Below, piece by piece: positions 26,708 through 38,100 of a stretch of DNA of 64,000 bases. The DNA is taken from assembly GCA_964016885.1 (NCBI GenBank), contig OZ024745.1:9734001-9798000 (forward strand), given 5' to 3'. A program made the position numbers and the translations under genes. The stretch comes from Eledone cirrhosa. Its lineage: Eukaryota. Position 1 is the first letter of the stretch. Each line of letters opens with the position of its first letter. The notes under the pieces were generated by a model. The model worked only from the letters and a program-made list of their open reading frames with translations. It searched no databases and was not told the DNA's origin.

Positions 26708-26743
26708 TCTTAACGTTTCGGACGCTAGTCCTTTATCAGAAGA
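26708..26743 (-). ncRNA. Minimal type-I hammerhead ribozyme-like motif (Penelope-type), core variant G8A
   Basis: Minus strand reads UCUU-CUGAUAA-A-GGAC-UAGC-GUCC-GAAAC-GUU-AAGA: stem I UCUU/AAGA, stem II GGAC/GUCC, GAAA box, and palindromic AACGUU in place of stem III. Confidence 0.65.
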
Positions 26744-27109
26744 AAGAATGAGAAATAAGATAGACTGAGGGGATAGGTGGGTTGGAATTGGAAATATATA
26801 TATACAGAATAAAGGTAATCAAGACTGTGTAACTGTATATATAAATTTACATATTTTTAGTATATAGATATGTAGACATGCTAAATATATGTATTTCCCT
26901 GTAAATTGAAGAAAATAATAAATATCTTTAATCAATTTTCAAACTTAGTGTGGTTCCAAAATATCTCAGTTAACCAATAAAGAAGGGAGCCTGCATCTCA
27001 ATAATCTTCCTGGACCCTACCAAGTTCTTAGAAAGGCTGATAACCTGTCAGATTCTCTAACATATAATACCAGCACTCTGGAGGATGTCATCATGATAAT
27101 GATGATAAT

Positions 27110-27297
27110 TGTTTCTACTATTGGCACAAGGCCAGCAATTACCCAGTGTATTACTGGTACTTTATTTTATCGACCTCGTAAGGATGAAAGGCAAAGTTAA
27201 CCTTGGCGGGATTTGAATTCAGAATGGCAAGGGCCGTAACTCTATGCGTCAAAGCATGGCGTCCGACCCTCTACCGATACTGCCAATTCACTGCCCT
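27110..27297 (-). mobile_element. tRNA-derived SINE with a Meta-domain-like core, near full length
   Basis: Box A-like TGGCAGTATCGG, box B-like GAATTCAAATCC, core GCCTTTCATCCTTACGAGGTCGATAAAATAAAGTACCAG. Flanked by the direct repeat ATGATAATGATGATAAT (27093-27109 and 27298-27314). Confidence 0.82.
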
Positions 27298-27446
27298 ATG
27301 ATAATGATGATAATGATGGTTGGCAATGTAAATCAAGGAAACTAGAAAGTCATATTATTTGATGGGAACTTACATTCCTATCTGTGATGTTTGCTATATT
27401 ATTAAAGGATTATTCTATAAAGAAATCTTACTGTTGACCACCTTAC

Positions 27447-27573
27447 CTGTTGGTCAGATGTGGTAAATGTGCAACATGACAAATAACTGGTATGTGTAGC
27501 AACTGCTTTCTTTTTAGTGGCAGGATCTTCATCCAAACTTAGTGGGTAAATGGTGCATTTGTTGTCCAGACCT
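27447..27573 (-). CDS. GNB5: GNB5-like coding exon
   Basis: First base completes the Gly codon, then [42 protein letters not shown]. Acceptor TATGCAG, donor GTAAG; 127 nt, phase-compatible with neighbours. Confidence 0.93.
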
Positions 27574-27749
27574 CTGCATAAAGATAGACAAAGTATTTAA
27601 GAGTGACAGCCCTAAATGTTGATGTGAAATAAGAGATGAAGAGAGAAAAATGATGAAGTATATTAACAGTGGTTAGAGCATAATAATTAAATAGATGAGC
27701 ATCACATTTAAGAGAAGATTTGTTTTTCATTGATAATGGAAGGAAGCCG

Positions 27750-27915
27750 CAATAGTGGAAGACTGAGAAAGACTTGAACAGAGATGGTTAAAGCTGATCT
27801 CAAAACACTGAACCTTACAGAGGAGATGATGATGGAATGTTGTGAGTGGAGGGATGTTGTGCTGGAAAGGACTCATCCAAAACATGCAGACATGGAAAGG
27901 ATGGATCTTTAATTA
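27750..27915 (+). mobile_element. RTE LINE 3' end fragment
   Basis: Translates GRLRKT*TEMVKADLKTLNLTEEMMMECCEWRDVVLERTHPKHADMER, a degenerate GRPRKTW...D....L...W RTE C-terminus that runs into the shared tail motif. Confidence 0.75.
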
Positions 27916-28257
27916 ACAAATCTATTACACACACTTTATAGACTTTTATGTGCTTTCAGAAATGTTTGGGCTAAATGTATTAATGTGGTTTGTGATTAGC
28001 TTTAATTAATGTTTGAGAAATGGCAGCAGTTATGGTTGCATGGTTAATGATATAACCATTCTAACTTGTAGGACTCAATCTTGCGCATGGCCAACTATAC
28101 CTAAAATACTAGTGAGTGAATAGGGAAGTTGTGTTGGGAACAACAATGTCAGAAGTCTCCACCATTAGACTTCTGTGAATAGTTAATATAACACAATAAG
28201 TTTTCCTTGCATTGGTAGCTAAATGATGTGTAGATAGGGAGAAGGAAAGATGGTTGA

Positions 28258-28439
28258 AGGTTTTTTTGTTGAAAAACTGATGGAGTTGCTTTTCCATATA
28301 ACATTCAGCTTTAACCATGGTAGAAGTGGCCAGGCGAAGTCTTGTCAGTGTCTCTGACCAGAGATCTGCTGTCTTTTGTTAGAGTGGACCCTAGCTACTT
28401 GAAGGTGTCCACTTCTTCAAGTCTTGCTCCTTTGAACAT
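28258..28439 (-). mobile_element. Decayed RTE LINE reverse-transcriptase fragment
   Basis: LEEVDTFK*LGSTLTKD (FKYLGS motif with Y->stop), then frameshifted RLRLATSTMVK and LNVIWKSNSISFSTK. Confidence 0.8.
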
Positions 28440-28644
28440 GAGAGTAGATAGGGAGAAGCAAAGGGGGTCAAAACCAGTGTTGGTGCTAGTGCCAGTGTAC
28501 AGATACAAACTCACCATGGTATGTCAGACTGATATTTTATTCACTTGGCCATAGTTACTGTAGAAATAAATAAAGTTATAAACATCCTAGAAAATACAAT
28601 GTCCACATAGATTGACCCTCTTCTAACTAGTCTAAAGTCTGTCT

Positions 28645-28900
28645 CAAGCCCAGAGGCTCATCAGGCTGGTGTTTATCCTGGTTTCTGTGGTACTAAGTGA
28701 CTGAGAGTACAAGACTTCCCCTTGGACAGGATGTCAGTCCATCTCAGGGTTAAACCCCTAGCTACTGTTGAGATTCATTTTCAGCAGAGTATATTGGCGT
28801 AACTTGAAATGAAATGTTTTTCTCAAGAAAACAACATACAACCCAGTCCAGGAATTGAACCCACGACATTATGATTGTAAGTCAAACAGCCTTACCACTA
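28645..28900 (-). mobile_element. Old tRNA-derived SINE of a second family (CORE-like)
   Basis: Minus strand: TAGTGGTAAGG (box A-like), GGGTTCAATTCC (box B), TGTTGTTTTCTTGAGAAAAACATTT (CORE-like), GGACTGACATCCTGTCCAAGGGG. Family assignment is from recalled consensus motifs, not a search. Confidence 0.6.
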
Positions 28901-29011
28901 ACAACTAGGAGAAACATCAACTATTTAACGTGACATATTAAGACTGAAGCTGAAGTACAGTGATTAATTGTGTAACGATTAAGTAAAATATTTCATAAAA
29001 ACAGGTTTGTA

Positions 29012-29302
29012 AATTCAAATGTTTATAGTATCTTTACTGGTGTATAGATTGTTGTGAAAAGTTAGAGTAAAGACTTGAATTTTTAATGTGATGCAGTCAT
29101 AGAGCTGTTTTGTACTTTTCAAGATTGACTTTCTAATGTGGTTTCATGTGATTTGTTAATTCAAATGTTTATAGAATATTTACTATTGGACAGATCATTG
29201 AAAATTTGCAGTATTAAATAAAGAATCTGATTATTAATGTGATGCAGTCATAATGCTATTTTGTAGTTTTTCAAGAATATCTTTCTAATGTGGTTTCATG
29301 TG
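29012..29302. repeat. Diverged two-copy tandem duplication, ~146-bp period
   Basis: AATTCAAATGTTTATAG, TTAATGTGATGCAGTCATA and CTTTCTAATGTGGTTTCATGTG each occur twice in the same order (copies start at 29012 and 29158). Confidence 0.85.
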
Positions 29303-29545
29303 GTACAGGACATTAAGAATTAAAGGAATATATAAAATACCTTGATAAAAATTTATTTCAAGTCTTCAGAAATGTCAGGTAGAAAAAGCAAATACAAACC
29401 ATTCTAGTGTGGAAAAATGGACATTAAACTGTGATGATGATGATGAAGGAGATATTCTTTAAACAAATGTATTTACAAGTAAAATTTTACTATTTGTGAG
29501 GATTGAAAGATGGGTAAATTAAATCGCCATGCTTAACCTTCTTAA

Positions 29546-29747
29546 TCCTTTAGCATTTAAACCATCGTATCCGGCCAGAATTCTCTCACCTTTTTCTGTT
29601 CAAACCGGCTGTAACCGGCTGCTCATACTGATGTTACGGTATTGTTCTCAAAATAAACAATATCAAAATGTTATAGATAATGTGTGAGATAATGTGTTTA
29701 CCGCGAAAATATAATAGTAAACATAGAGCAATATAAATGCTAAAGGG
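29546..29747. mobile_element. piggyBac-like MITE
   Basis: TTAA|TCCTTTAGCATTTA...TAAATGCTAAAGGG|TTAA: 14-bp TIR with one mismatch and a TTAA target duplication. Confidence 0.82.
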
Positions 29748-29845
29748 TTAATACCAACCTGCCTGAAACTGTCCTTGTTTTAATATTAAACAAACTGCCC
29801 ATTTTGAAATGCTCAAAAATAACAGTGTGTATCTGGTTTAGAATA

Positions 29846-29960
29846 CAGTGGAACCTCGGTTCACAAACAACCTTGGTTCACAAACACCTCTCATCATGAA
29901 CAAATTGGTTCATGAACATAAAACATCTCTGGTGACAAATGTTGTCTTGAGAAACAAACA
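29846..29960 (+). mobile_element. pogo/Tigger-like DNA transposon terminal fragment
   Basis: TA|CAGTGGAACCTCGGTTCACAAAC with subterminal GGTTCA(C/T) repeats; the opposite TIR was not found. Confidence 0.6.
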
Positions 29961-30078
29961 CAGAAGCCAGCAACAATGGTTAGTGACAAGTTGGGAGTAT
30001 CGGCAGGAAAGCATCACTTGCTGTGTAGTTAGTTATTATGGTGATATCTGTTTTTCAAGAAAGTGATTCAAGGGCTGT

Positions 30079-30378
30079 TTGAAAAAATCCCTTGGTGCCT
30101 GTCATATAGACCATCACCAGTGGTCCACCATAGCTGAGAACCATGACATCTCAAGATCAACCATGGTGTCTCTTCCTTTGAAAACATCTGCAGAGCCACT
30201 CTCAAGGACAAAAGGCACAGGAGGAAGAACCACAACACCTAGTCATCAAACCCAGGCATCCAGTTGCAGCCATGCCTGCCTATCCCACATGGGCCTGAAC
30301 AGCCACAAGCGTGCCTTGAGTCAACATGGACCACCTGCTTCATAATCTTCGTTCACGAAGACAAGCCATGATGATGAT
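30079..30378 (+). mobile_element. 3' end of a different RTE LINE with degenerate C-terminal zinc finger and (GAT)n tail
   Basis: LKKSLGACHIDHHQWSTIAEN..., frameshifted SFENICRATLKDKRHRRKN, then CSHACLSHMGLNSHKRA; ends AATCTTCGTTCACGAAGACAAGCCATGATGATGAT. Confidence 0.8.
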
Positions 30379-30485
30379 TGCAGTAAAGCAACTGCACCCC
30401 CCGCTCTTCCCAATTTATATTTTTGAATCTTGTTTTCAAATTTGTCGTTGTTTATTGAAACAAATCCTTTGAAACGAGAACTTAC

Positions 30486-30562
30486 CCACAAGCCACTACA
30501 GTTCCTGAAGGTCCATAAGCACAAGCCATCACCCATGTTGTTGGCATGGTAACTGCATGCTC
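30486..30562 (-). CDS. GNB5: G-protein beta-5 (GNB5-like) coding exon, most 5' exon found in the window
   Basis: Translates [26 protein letters not shown](G), matching Gbeta5 [20 protein letters not shown]. Acceptor TTTTCTAG, donor GTAAG; 77 nt, ends phase 2. Confidence 0.93.
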
Positions 30563-30682
30563 CTAGAAAAAGAAGAGAAAAAATCACTAGATATCATTCT
30601 CATAAAGCAACAGGCTTAGGTTTCCCAAAAATGCATTCAAAGGGGAACTATTTCTTTTAATATTTCACAGATAACTTGTGGT

Positions 30683-30735
30683 TCATTGGCAGAATTGGTA
30701 GAGTGTCAGATAAAGTGTCATTGTGGTATTAGTCC
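30683..30735 (+). mobile_element. SINE 5' head fragment (box A region)
   Basis: ATTGGCAGAATTGGTAGAGTGTCAGA resembles ATTGGCAGTATCGGTAGAGGGTCGGA of the SINE at 27110-27297. Confidence 0.55.
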
Positions 30736-30741
30736 TGATAG

Positions 30742-31622
30742 GTAAATATGAGATGTGACTTATACATGAGTAAATATGAGATGTGACTTGTACATGAGTA
30801 AATATGAGATGTGACTTGTACATGAGTAAATATGAGATGTGACTTATACATGAGTAAATGTGAAATATAACTTATACATGAGTAAATATGAGATGTGACT
30901 TATACACGAGTAAATATGAGATGTGACTTATACATGAGTAAATATGAGATGTGACTTATACATGAGTAAATATGAGATGTGACTTGTACATGAGTAAATA
31001 TGAGATGTGACTTGTACATGAGTAAATATGAGATGTGACTTATACATGAGTAAATGTGAAATATAACTTATACATGAGTAAATATGAGATGTGACTTATA
31101 CACGAGTAAATATGAGATGTGACTTATACATGAGTAAATATGAGATGTGACTTATACATGAGTAACAATGAAATATAACTTATACATGAGTAAATATGAG
31201 ATGTGACTTATACATTAGTAAATATGAGATGTGACTTATACACGAGTAAATATGAGATGTGACTTATACATGAGTAAATATGAGATGTGACTTATACATG
31301 AGTAAATATAAGATGTGAGTTATACACGAGTAAATATAAGATGTGAGTTATACACGAGTAAATATGAGATGTGAGTTATACACGAGTAAATATGAAATAT
31401 AACTTATACATGAGTAAATATGAGATGTGACTTATACATTAATAAATATGAGATGTGACTTATACACGAGTAAATATGAGATGTGACTTATACATGAGTA
31501 AATATGAGATGTGACTTATACATGAGTAAATATGAAATGTAACTTATACATGAGTAAATATGAGATGCGACTTATACATGAGTAAATATGAGATGTGACT
31601 TATACATGAATAAATATGAGAT
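30742..31622. repeat. 28-bp minisatellite, ~31 copies
   Basis: Unit GAGTAAATATGAGATGTGACTTATACAT; one variant monomer recurs 196 bp (7 units) apart (30861 and 31057). Confidence 0.97.
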
Positions 31623-32919
31623 TATCTAATAATTATTAAAGAAGTTTACTACTAAACAAATATTTCCATGCAACAAATCTTTTGTTAAAATATTAGTTCT
31701 CCTCCAGTTTTATCATAACTACACTGTTGTCTTTCTGCCTAGTCTTAACATATTTCTTGAGTCACACCAAGACAGTACAGTTTTATGTATAAACAAGGTT
31801 GTTAGATATAAATCTGTTGATAGATTTGAATATCAATGTAGTTTAGTTGAAGCAGTGGCAGTGTAGTGAAATTATTCTTCTGTGAACTTTGGCATGGTAA
31901 ATGCCAGAAATGATCATATTTTCTTATATGCCATATTGGTCAACAACAATAGATGACAACTAGGAGAATATAAAAGTTACACAGTCCCACTCTCTCAGAC
32001 TTTGGTTGTGAGTAACTGCTATGTCAGTAGGTTAGGGAATATACATCTCTACATTTACCCATTCAATCTGTCTCTAATACATCTTGCTACATCTAAATAT
32101 ATGTATATTCAAAGAAAATACTCTCCTTCAGTGTCAACTTTATATTGTAGTCATATGTTTGTGAAAGCAGGCTTATAATTATCAAGTTTTGTATATTTCT
32201 GTTGTGTTAATGTCTGTTGTATGGATTCATTGAATTCATACAAGACATTAAAATCTATAATTCTTACAGAATTAAAATATACACAAATAATATATACAAT
32301 AGTTAACAAATATATAAGATTAGAGAAAAACGACCATCAATTCACTACCAAGTGTGATAATCGGCCGAAAATCATAAGGGTCAACGGAACACTTTGAGGC
32401 AAGCCAACACGTTCGCGACATTAGCACGGGCAATGGCGAGGCTGAGACGTTGAAACAGCCAGGGACCTTCACGGGCATCACCTGACACCTCGGCAAGCCG
32501 CCAGCGATGACAAAATACATTTTTTCCGTGGGACAATTATATATCATTTGAAAGTTCAGGATGTGAAGTTTCTTCTCATGCCAGATCCCCTTAATCACCC
32601 TCGTATTTCCACCCATTTACAACATTTATTCCAATTTTGCTTTTGACCGCTGAACTGCGCTAATTCTTGTTCAATATGCTGGAGCACTATAACTCAATTT
32701 GTATTGAAAATGGTACAGCCATGAAGGACTTTGTTTTTGCTTTTTTGATATAAAAAAATCTATTGGGTTAGGTCAGATAAACGTTATGAAAAATAAAAGT
32801 GAACATTTTATTATTTTTCACTTAGAAAAAAACATATTTTCTTCCAGATTTTTATACAAGAAAGAAAATTTTCTGGCAAATCTGTCGAAGAGATGCCAGC
32901 ACCAAGTCAATATGAGAGA

Positions 32920-35078
32920 TAGGTGGTAGTACTGGTGTCAATAAAACACACCCAGTCGTCCGTTAGGTGGTAGTACTGGTGTCACAATAAAACACTCAGT
33001 CGTCCCTGTTAGGTGATAGTACTGGTGTCACAATAAAACACACCCAGTCCTCCCTGTTAGGTGGTAGTACTGGTGTCACAATAAAACACACCCAGTCCTC
33101 CCTGTTAGGTGATAGTACTGGTGTCACAATAAAACACACCCAGTCCTCCCTGTTAGGTGATAGTACTGGTGTCACAATAAAACACACCCAGTCCTCCCTG
33201 TTAGGTGGTAGTACTGGTGTCACAATAAAACACACCCAGTCCTCCCTGTTAGGTGATAGTACTGGTGTCACAATAAAACACACCCAGTCCTCCCTGTTAG
33301 GTGGTAGTACTGGTGTCACAATAAAACACTCAGTCATCCCTGTTAGGTGGTAGTACTGGTGTCACAATAAAACACACCCAGTCGTCCGTTAGGTGGTAGT
33401 ACTGGTGTCACAATAAAACACACCCAGTCGTCCCTGTTAGGTGGTAGTACTGGTGTCACAATAAAACACACCCAGTCCTCCCTGTTAGGTGGTAGTACTG
33501 GTGTCACAATAAAACACACCCAGTCCTCCCTGTTAGGTGGTAGTAGTGGTGTCACAATAAAACACTCAGTCATCCCTGTTAGGTGGTAGTACTGTTGTCA
33601 CAATAAAACACACCCAGTCTTCCTTGTTAGGTGGTAGTACTGGTGTCACAATAAAACACACCCAGTCGTCCCTGTTAGGTGGTAGTACTGGAGTCACAAT
33701 AAAACACACCCAGTCCTCCCTGTTAGGTGGTAGTACTGGTGTCACAATAAAACACACCGAGTCCTCCCTGTTAGGTGGTAGTACTGGTGTCACAATAAAA
33801 CACACCCAGTCCTCCCTGTTAGGTGGTAGTACTGGTGTCACAATAAAACACACCCAGTCCTTGTTAGGTGGTAGTACTGGTGTCACAATAAAACACACCC
33901 AGTCCTTGTTAGGTGGTAGTACTGGTGTCACAATAAAACACACCCAGTCCTTGTTAGGTGGTAGTACTGGTGTCACAATAAAACACACCCAGTCTTCCCT
34001 GTTAGGTGGTAGTACTGGTGTCACAATAAAACACTCAGTCATCCCTGTTAGGTGGTAGTACTGGTGTCACAATAAAACACACCCAGTCCTCCCTGTTAGG
34101 TGGTAGTACTGGTGTCACAATAAAACACTCAGTCATACCTGTTAGGTGGTAGTACTGGTGTCACAATAAAACACTCAGTCATACCTGTTAGGTGGTAGTA
34201 CTGGTGTCACAATAAAACACACCCAGTCCTCCTTGTTAGGTGGTTGTACTGGTGTCACAATAAAACACACCCAGTCCTCCTTGTTAGGTGGTAGTACTGG
34301 TGTCACAATAAAACACACCGAGTCCTCCCTGTTAGGTGGTAGTACTGGTGTCACAATAAAACACACCCAGTCCTCCCTGTTAGGTGGTAGTACTGGTGTC
34401 ACAATAAAACACTCAGTCATACCTGTTAGGTGGTAGTACTGGTGTCACAATAAAACACACCCAGTCCTCCTTGTTAGGTGGTAGTACTGGTGTCACAATA
34501 AAACACACCGAGTCCTCCCTGTTAGGTGGTAGTACTGGTGTCACAATAAAACACCCAGTCCTCCCTGTTAGGTGGTAGTACTGGTGTCACAATAAAACAC
34601 ACCCAGTCCTCCCTGTTAGGTGGTAGTACTGGTGTCACAATAAAACACACCCAGTCCTCCCTGTTAGGTGGTAGTACTGGTGTCACAATAAAACACTCAG
34701 TCATACCTGTTAGGTGGTAGTACTGGTGTCACAATAAAACACACCCAGTCCTCCCTGTTAGGTGGTAGTACTGGTGTCACAATAAAACACACCCAGTCCT
34801 CCCTGTTAGGTGGTAGTACTGGTGTCACAATAAAACACACCGAGTCCTCCCTGTTAGGTGGTAGTACTGGTGTCACAATAAAACACACCCAGTCCTCCCT
34901 GTTAGGTGGTAGTACTGGTGTCACAATAAAACACACCCAGTCCTCCCTGTTAGGTGGTAGTACTGTTGTCACAATAAAACACTCAGTCATACCTGTTAGG
35001 TGGTAGTACTGGTGTCACAATAAAACACACCCAGTCCTCCCTGTTAGGTGGTAGTACTGTTGTCACAATAAAACACAC
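32920..35078. repeat. 48-bp minisatellite, ~45 copies
   Basis: Unit GTTAGGTGGTAGTACTGGTGTCACAATAAAACACACCCAGTCCTCCCT; produces the 16-aa periodic ORFs on both strands. Confidence 0.98.
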
Positions 35079-35192
35079 TAGTGATGATGATGATTGTGGT
35101 GAACAAAACTTTTAAAAAAGTCAAAAGTGGACTATTACAAAAAGAAGTTTGGTGATCCCTGGTCTAGTGGGGGAGGTGACATCCAGCACCAC

Positions 35193-38100
35193 ACCACTGT
35201 CTGTCTACACTACCACCACTGTCTGTCTACACTACCACTGGGTGGGAGCAGCACCACCACCACCACTGTCTGTCTACACTACCACTGGGTGGGGGCAGCA
35301 CCACCACCACTGTCTGTCTACACTACCACTGGGTGGGAGCAGCACCACCACCACTGTCTGTCTACACTACCACTGGGTGGGGGCAGCACCACCACCACCA
35401 CTGTCTGTCTACACTACTACTGGGTGGGAGCAGCACCACCACCGTCTGTCTACACTACCACTGGGTGGGAGCACCACCACCACTGTCTGTCTACACTACC
35501 ACTGGGTGGGAGCAGCACCACCACTGTCTGTCTACACTACCACTGGGTGGGAGCACCACCACCACTGTCTGTCTACACTACCACTGGGTGGGAGCAGCAC
35601 CACCACTGTCTGTCTACACTACCACTGGGTGGGAGCAGCACCACCACCACTGTCTGTCTACACTACCACTGGGTGGGAGCAGCACCACCACCACTGTCTG
35701 TCTACACTACCACTGGGTGGGAGCAGCACCACCACTGTCTGTCTACACTACCACTGGGTGGGAGCAGCACCACCACTGTCTGTCTACACTACCACTGGGT
35801 GGGAGCACCACCACCACCACTGTCTGTCTACACTACCACTGGGTGGGAGCAGCACCACCACCACTGTCTGTCTACACTACCACTGGGTGGGACCACCACC
35901 ACCACCACTGTCTGTCTACACTACCACTGGGTGGGAGCAGCACCACCACCACTGTCTGTCTACACTACCACTGGGTGGGAGCAGCACCACCACCACTGTC
36001 TGTCTACACTACCACTGGGTGGGAGCAGCACCACCACCACCACCACTGTCTGTCTACACTACCACTGGGTGGGAGCAGCACCACCACCACTGTCTGTCTA
36101 CACTACCACTGGGTGGGAGCAGCACCACCACCACCACCACTGTCTGTCTACACTACCACTGGGTGGGAGCAGCACCACCACCACTGTCTGTCTACACTAC
36201 CACTGGATGGGAGCAGCACCAACACCACTGTCTGTCTACACTACCACTGGGTGGGAGCAGCACCACCACCACTGTCTGTCTACACTACCACTGGGTGGGA
36301 GCAGCACCACCACCACCACCACTGTCTGTCTACACTACCACTGGGTGGGAGCAGCACCACCACCACTGTCTGTCTACACTACCACTGGATGGGAGCAGCA
36401 CCACCACCACCACTGTCTGTCTACACTACCACTGGCTGGGAGCACCACCACCACTGTCTGTCTACACTACCATGGGTGGGAGCAGCACCACCACCACCAC
36501 TGTCTGTCTACACTACCACTGGCTGGGAGCACCACCACCACCACCACTGTCTGTCTACACTACCACTGGGTGGGAGCAGCACCACCACCACTGTCTGTCT
36601 ACACTACCACTGGGTGGGAGCAGCACCACCACCACCACCACTGTCTGTCTACACTACCACTGGGTGGGAGCAGCACCACCACCACTGTCTGTCTACACTA
36701 CCACTGGGTGGGAGCAGCACCACCACCACCACCACTGTCTGTCTACACTACCACTGGGTGGGAGCAGCACCACCACCACTGTCTGTCTACACTACCACTG
36801 GATGGGAGCAGCACCACCACCACCACTGTCTGTCTACACTACCACTGGCTGGGAGCACCACCACCACTGTCTGTCTACACTACCATGGGTGGGAGCAGCA
36901 CCACCACCACCACTGTCTGTCTACACTACCACTGGCTGGGAGCACCACCACCACCACCACTGTCTGTCTACACTACCACTGGGTGGGAGCAGCACCACCA
37001 CCACTGTCTGTCTACACTACCACTGGGTGGGAGCAGCACCACCACCACCACCACTGTCTGTCTACACTACCACTGGGTGGGAGCAGCACCACCACCACTG
37101 TCTGTCTACACTACCACTGGGTGGGAGCAGCACCACCACCACCACCACTGTCTGTCTACACTACCACTGGGTGGGAGCAGCACCACCACCACTGTCTGTC
37201 TACACTACCACTGGATGGGAGCAGCACCACCACCACTGTCTGTCTACACTACCACTGGGTGGGAGCAGCACCACCACCACCACTGTCTGTCTACACTACC
37301 ACTGGGTGGGAGCAGCACCACCACCACTGTCTGTCTACACTACCACTGGGTGGGAGCAGCACCACCACCACTGTCTGTCTACACTACCACTGGGTGGGAG
37401 CAGCACCACCACCACTGTCTGTCTACACTACCACTGGGTGGGAGCAGCACCACCACCACCACTGTCTGTCTACACTACCACTGGGTGGGAGCACCACCAC
37501 CACTGTCTGTCTACACTACCACTGGGTGGGAGCAGCACCACCACCACTGTCTGTCTACACTACCACTGGGTGGGAGCAGCACCACCACCACTGTCTGTCT
37601 ACACTACCACTGGGTGGGAGCAGCACCACCACCACTGTCTGTCTACACTACCACTGGGTGGGAGCAGCACCACCACCACTGTCTGTCTACACTACCACTG
37701 GGTGGGAGCAGCACCACCACCACTGTCTGTCTACACTACCACTGGCTGGGAGCACCACCACCACTGTCTGTCTACACTACCACTGGGTGGGAGCAGCACC
37801 AACACCACTGTCTGTCTACACTACCACTGGGTGGGAGCACCACCACCACTGTCTGTCTACACTACCACTGGGTGGGAGCAGCACCACCACCACCACTGTC
37901 TGTCTACACTACCACTGGGTGGGAGCAGCACCACCACCACCACTGTCTGTCTACACTACCACTGGGTGGGAGCAGCACCACCACCACTGTCTGTCTACAC
38001 TACCACTGGGTGGGAGCACCACCACCACTGTCTGTCTACACTACCACTGGGTGGGAGCAGCACCACCACCACTGTCTGTCTACACTACCACTGGGTGGGA

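Noticed and set aside
27110-28900. tRNA genes at the box A/box B motifs
   Set aside because: No cloverleaf can be formed, and the motifs continue into SINE core and tail sequence.
32996-34990. 16-aa repeat ORFs (REDWVCFIVTPVLPPN and LLGGSTGVTIKHTQSS)
   Set aside because: By-products of a 48-bp unit, broken by stops and frameshifts, with no splice or domain support.
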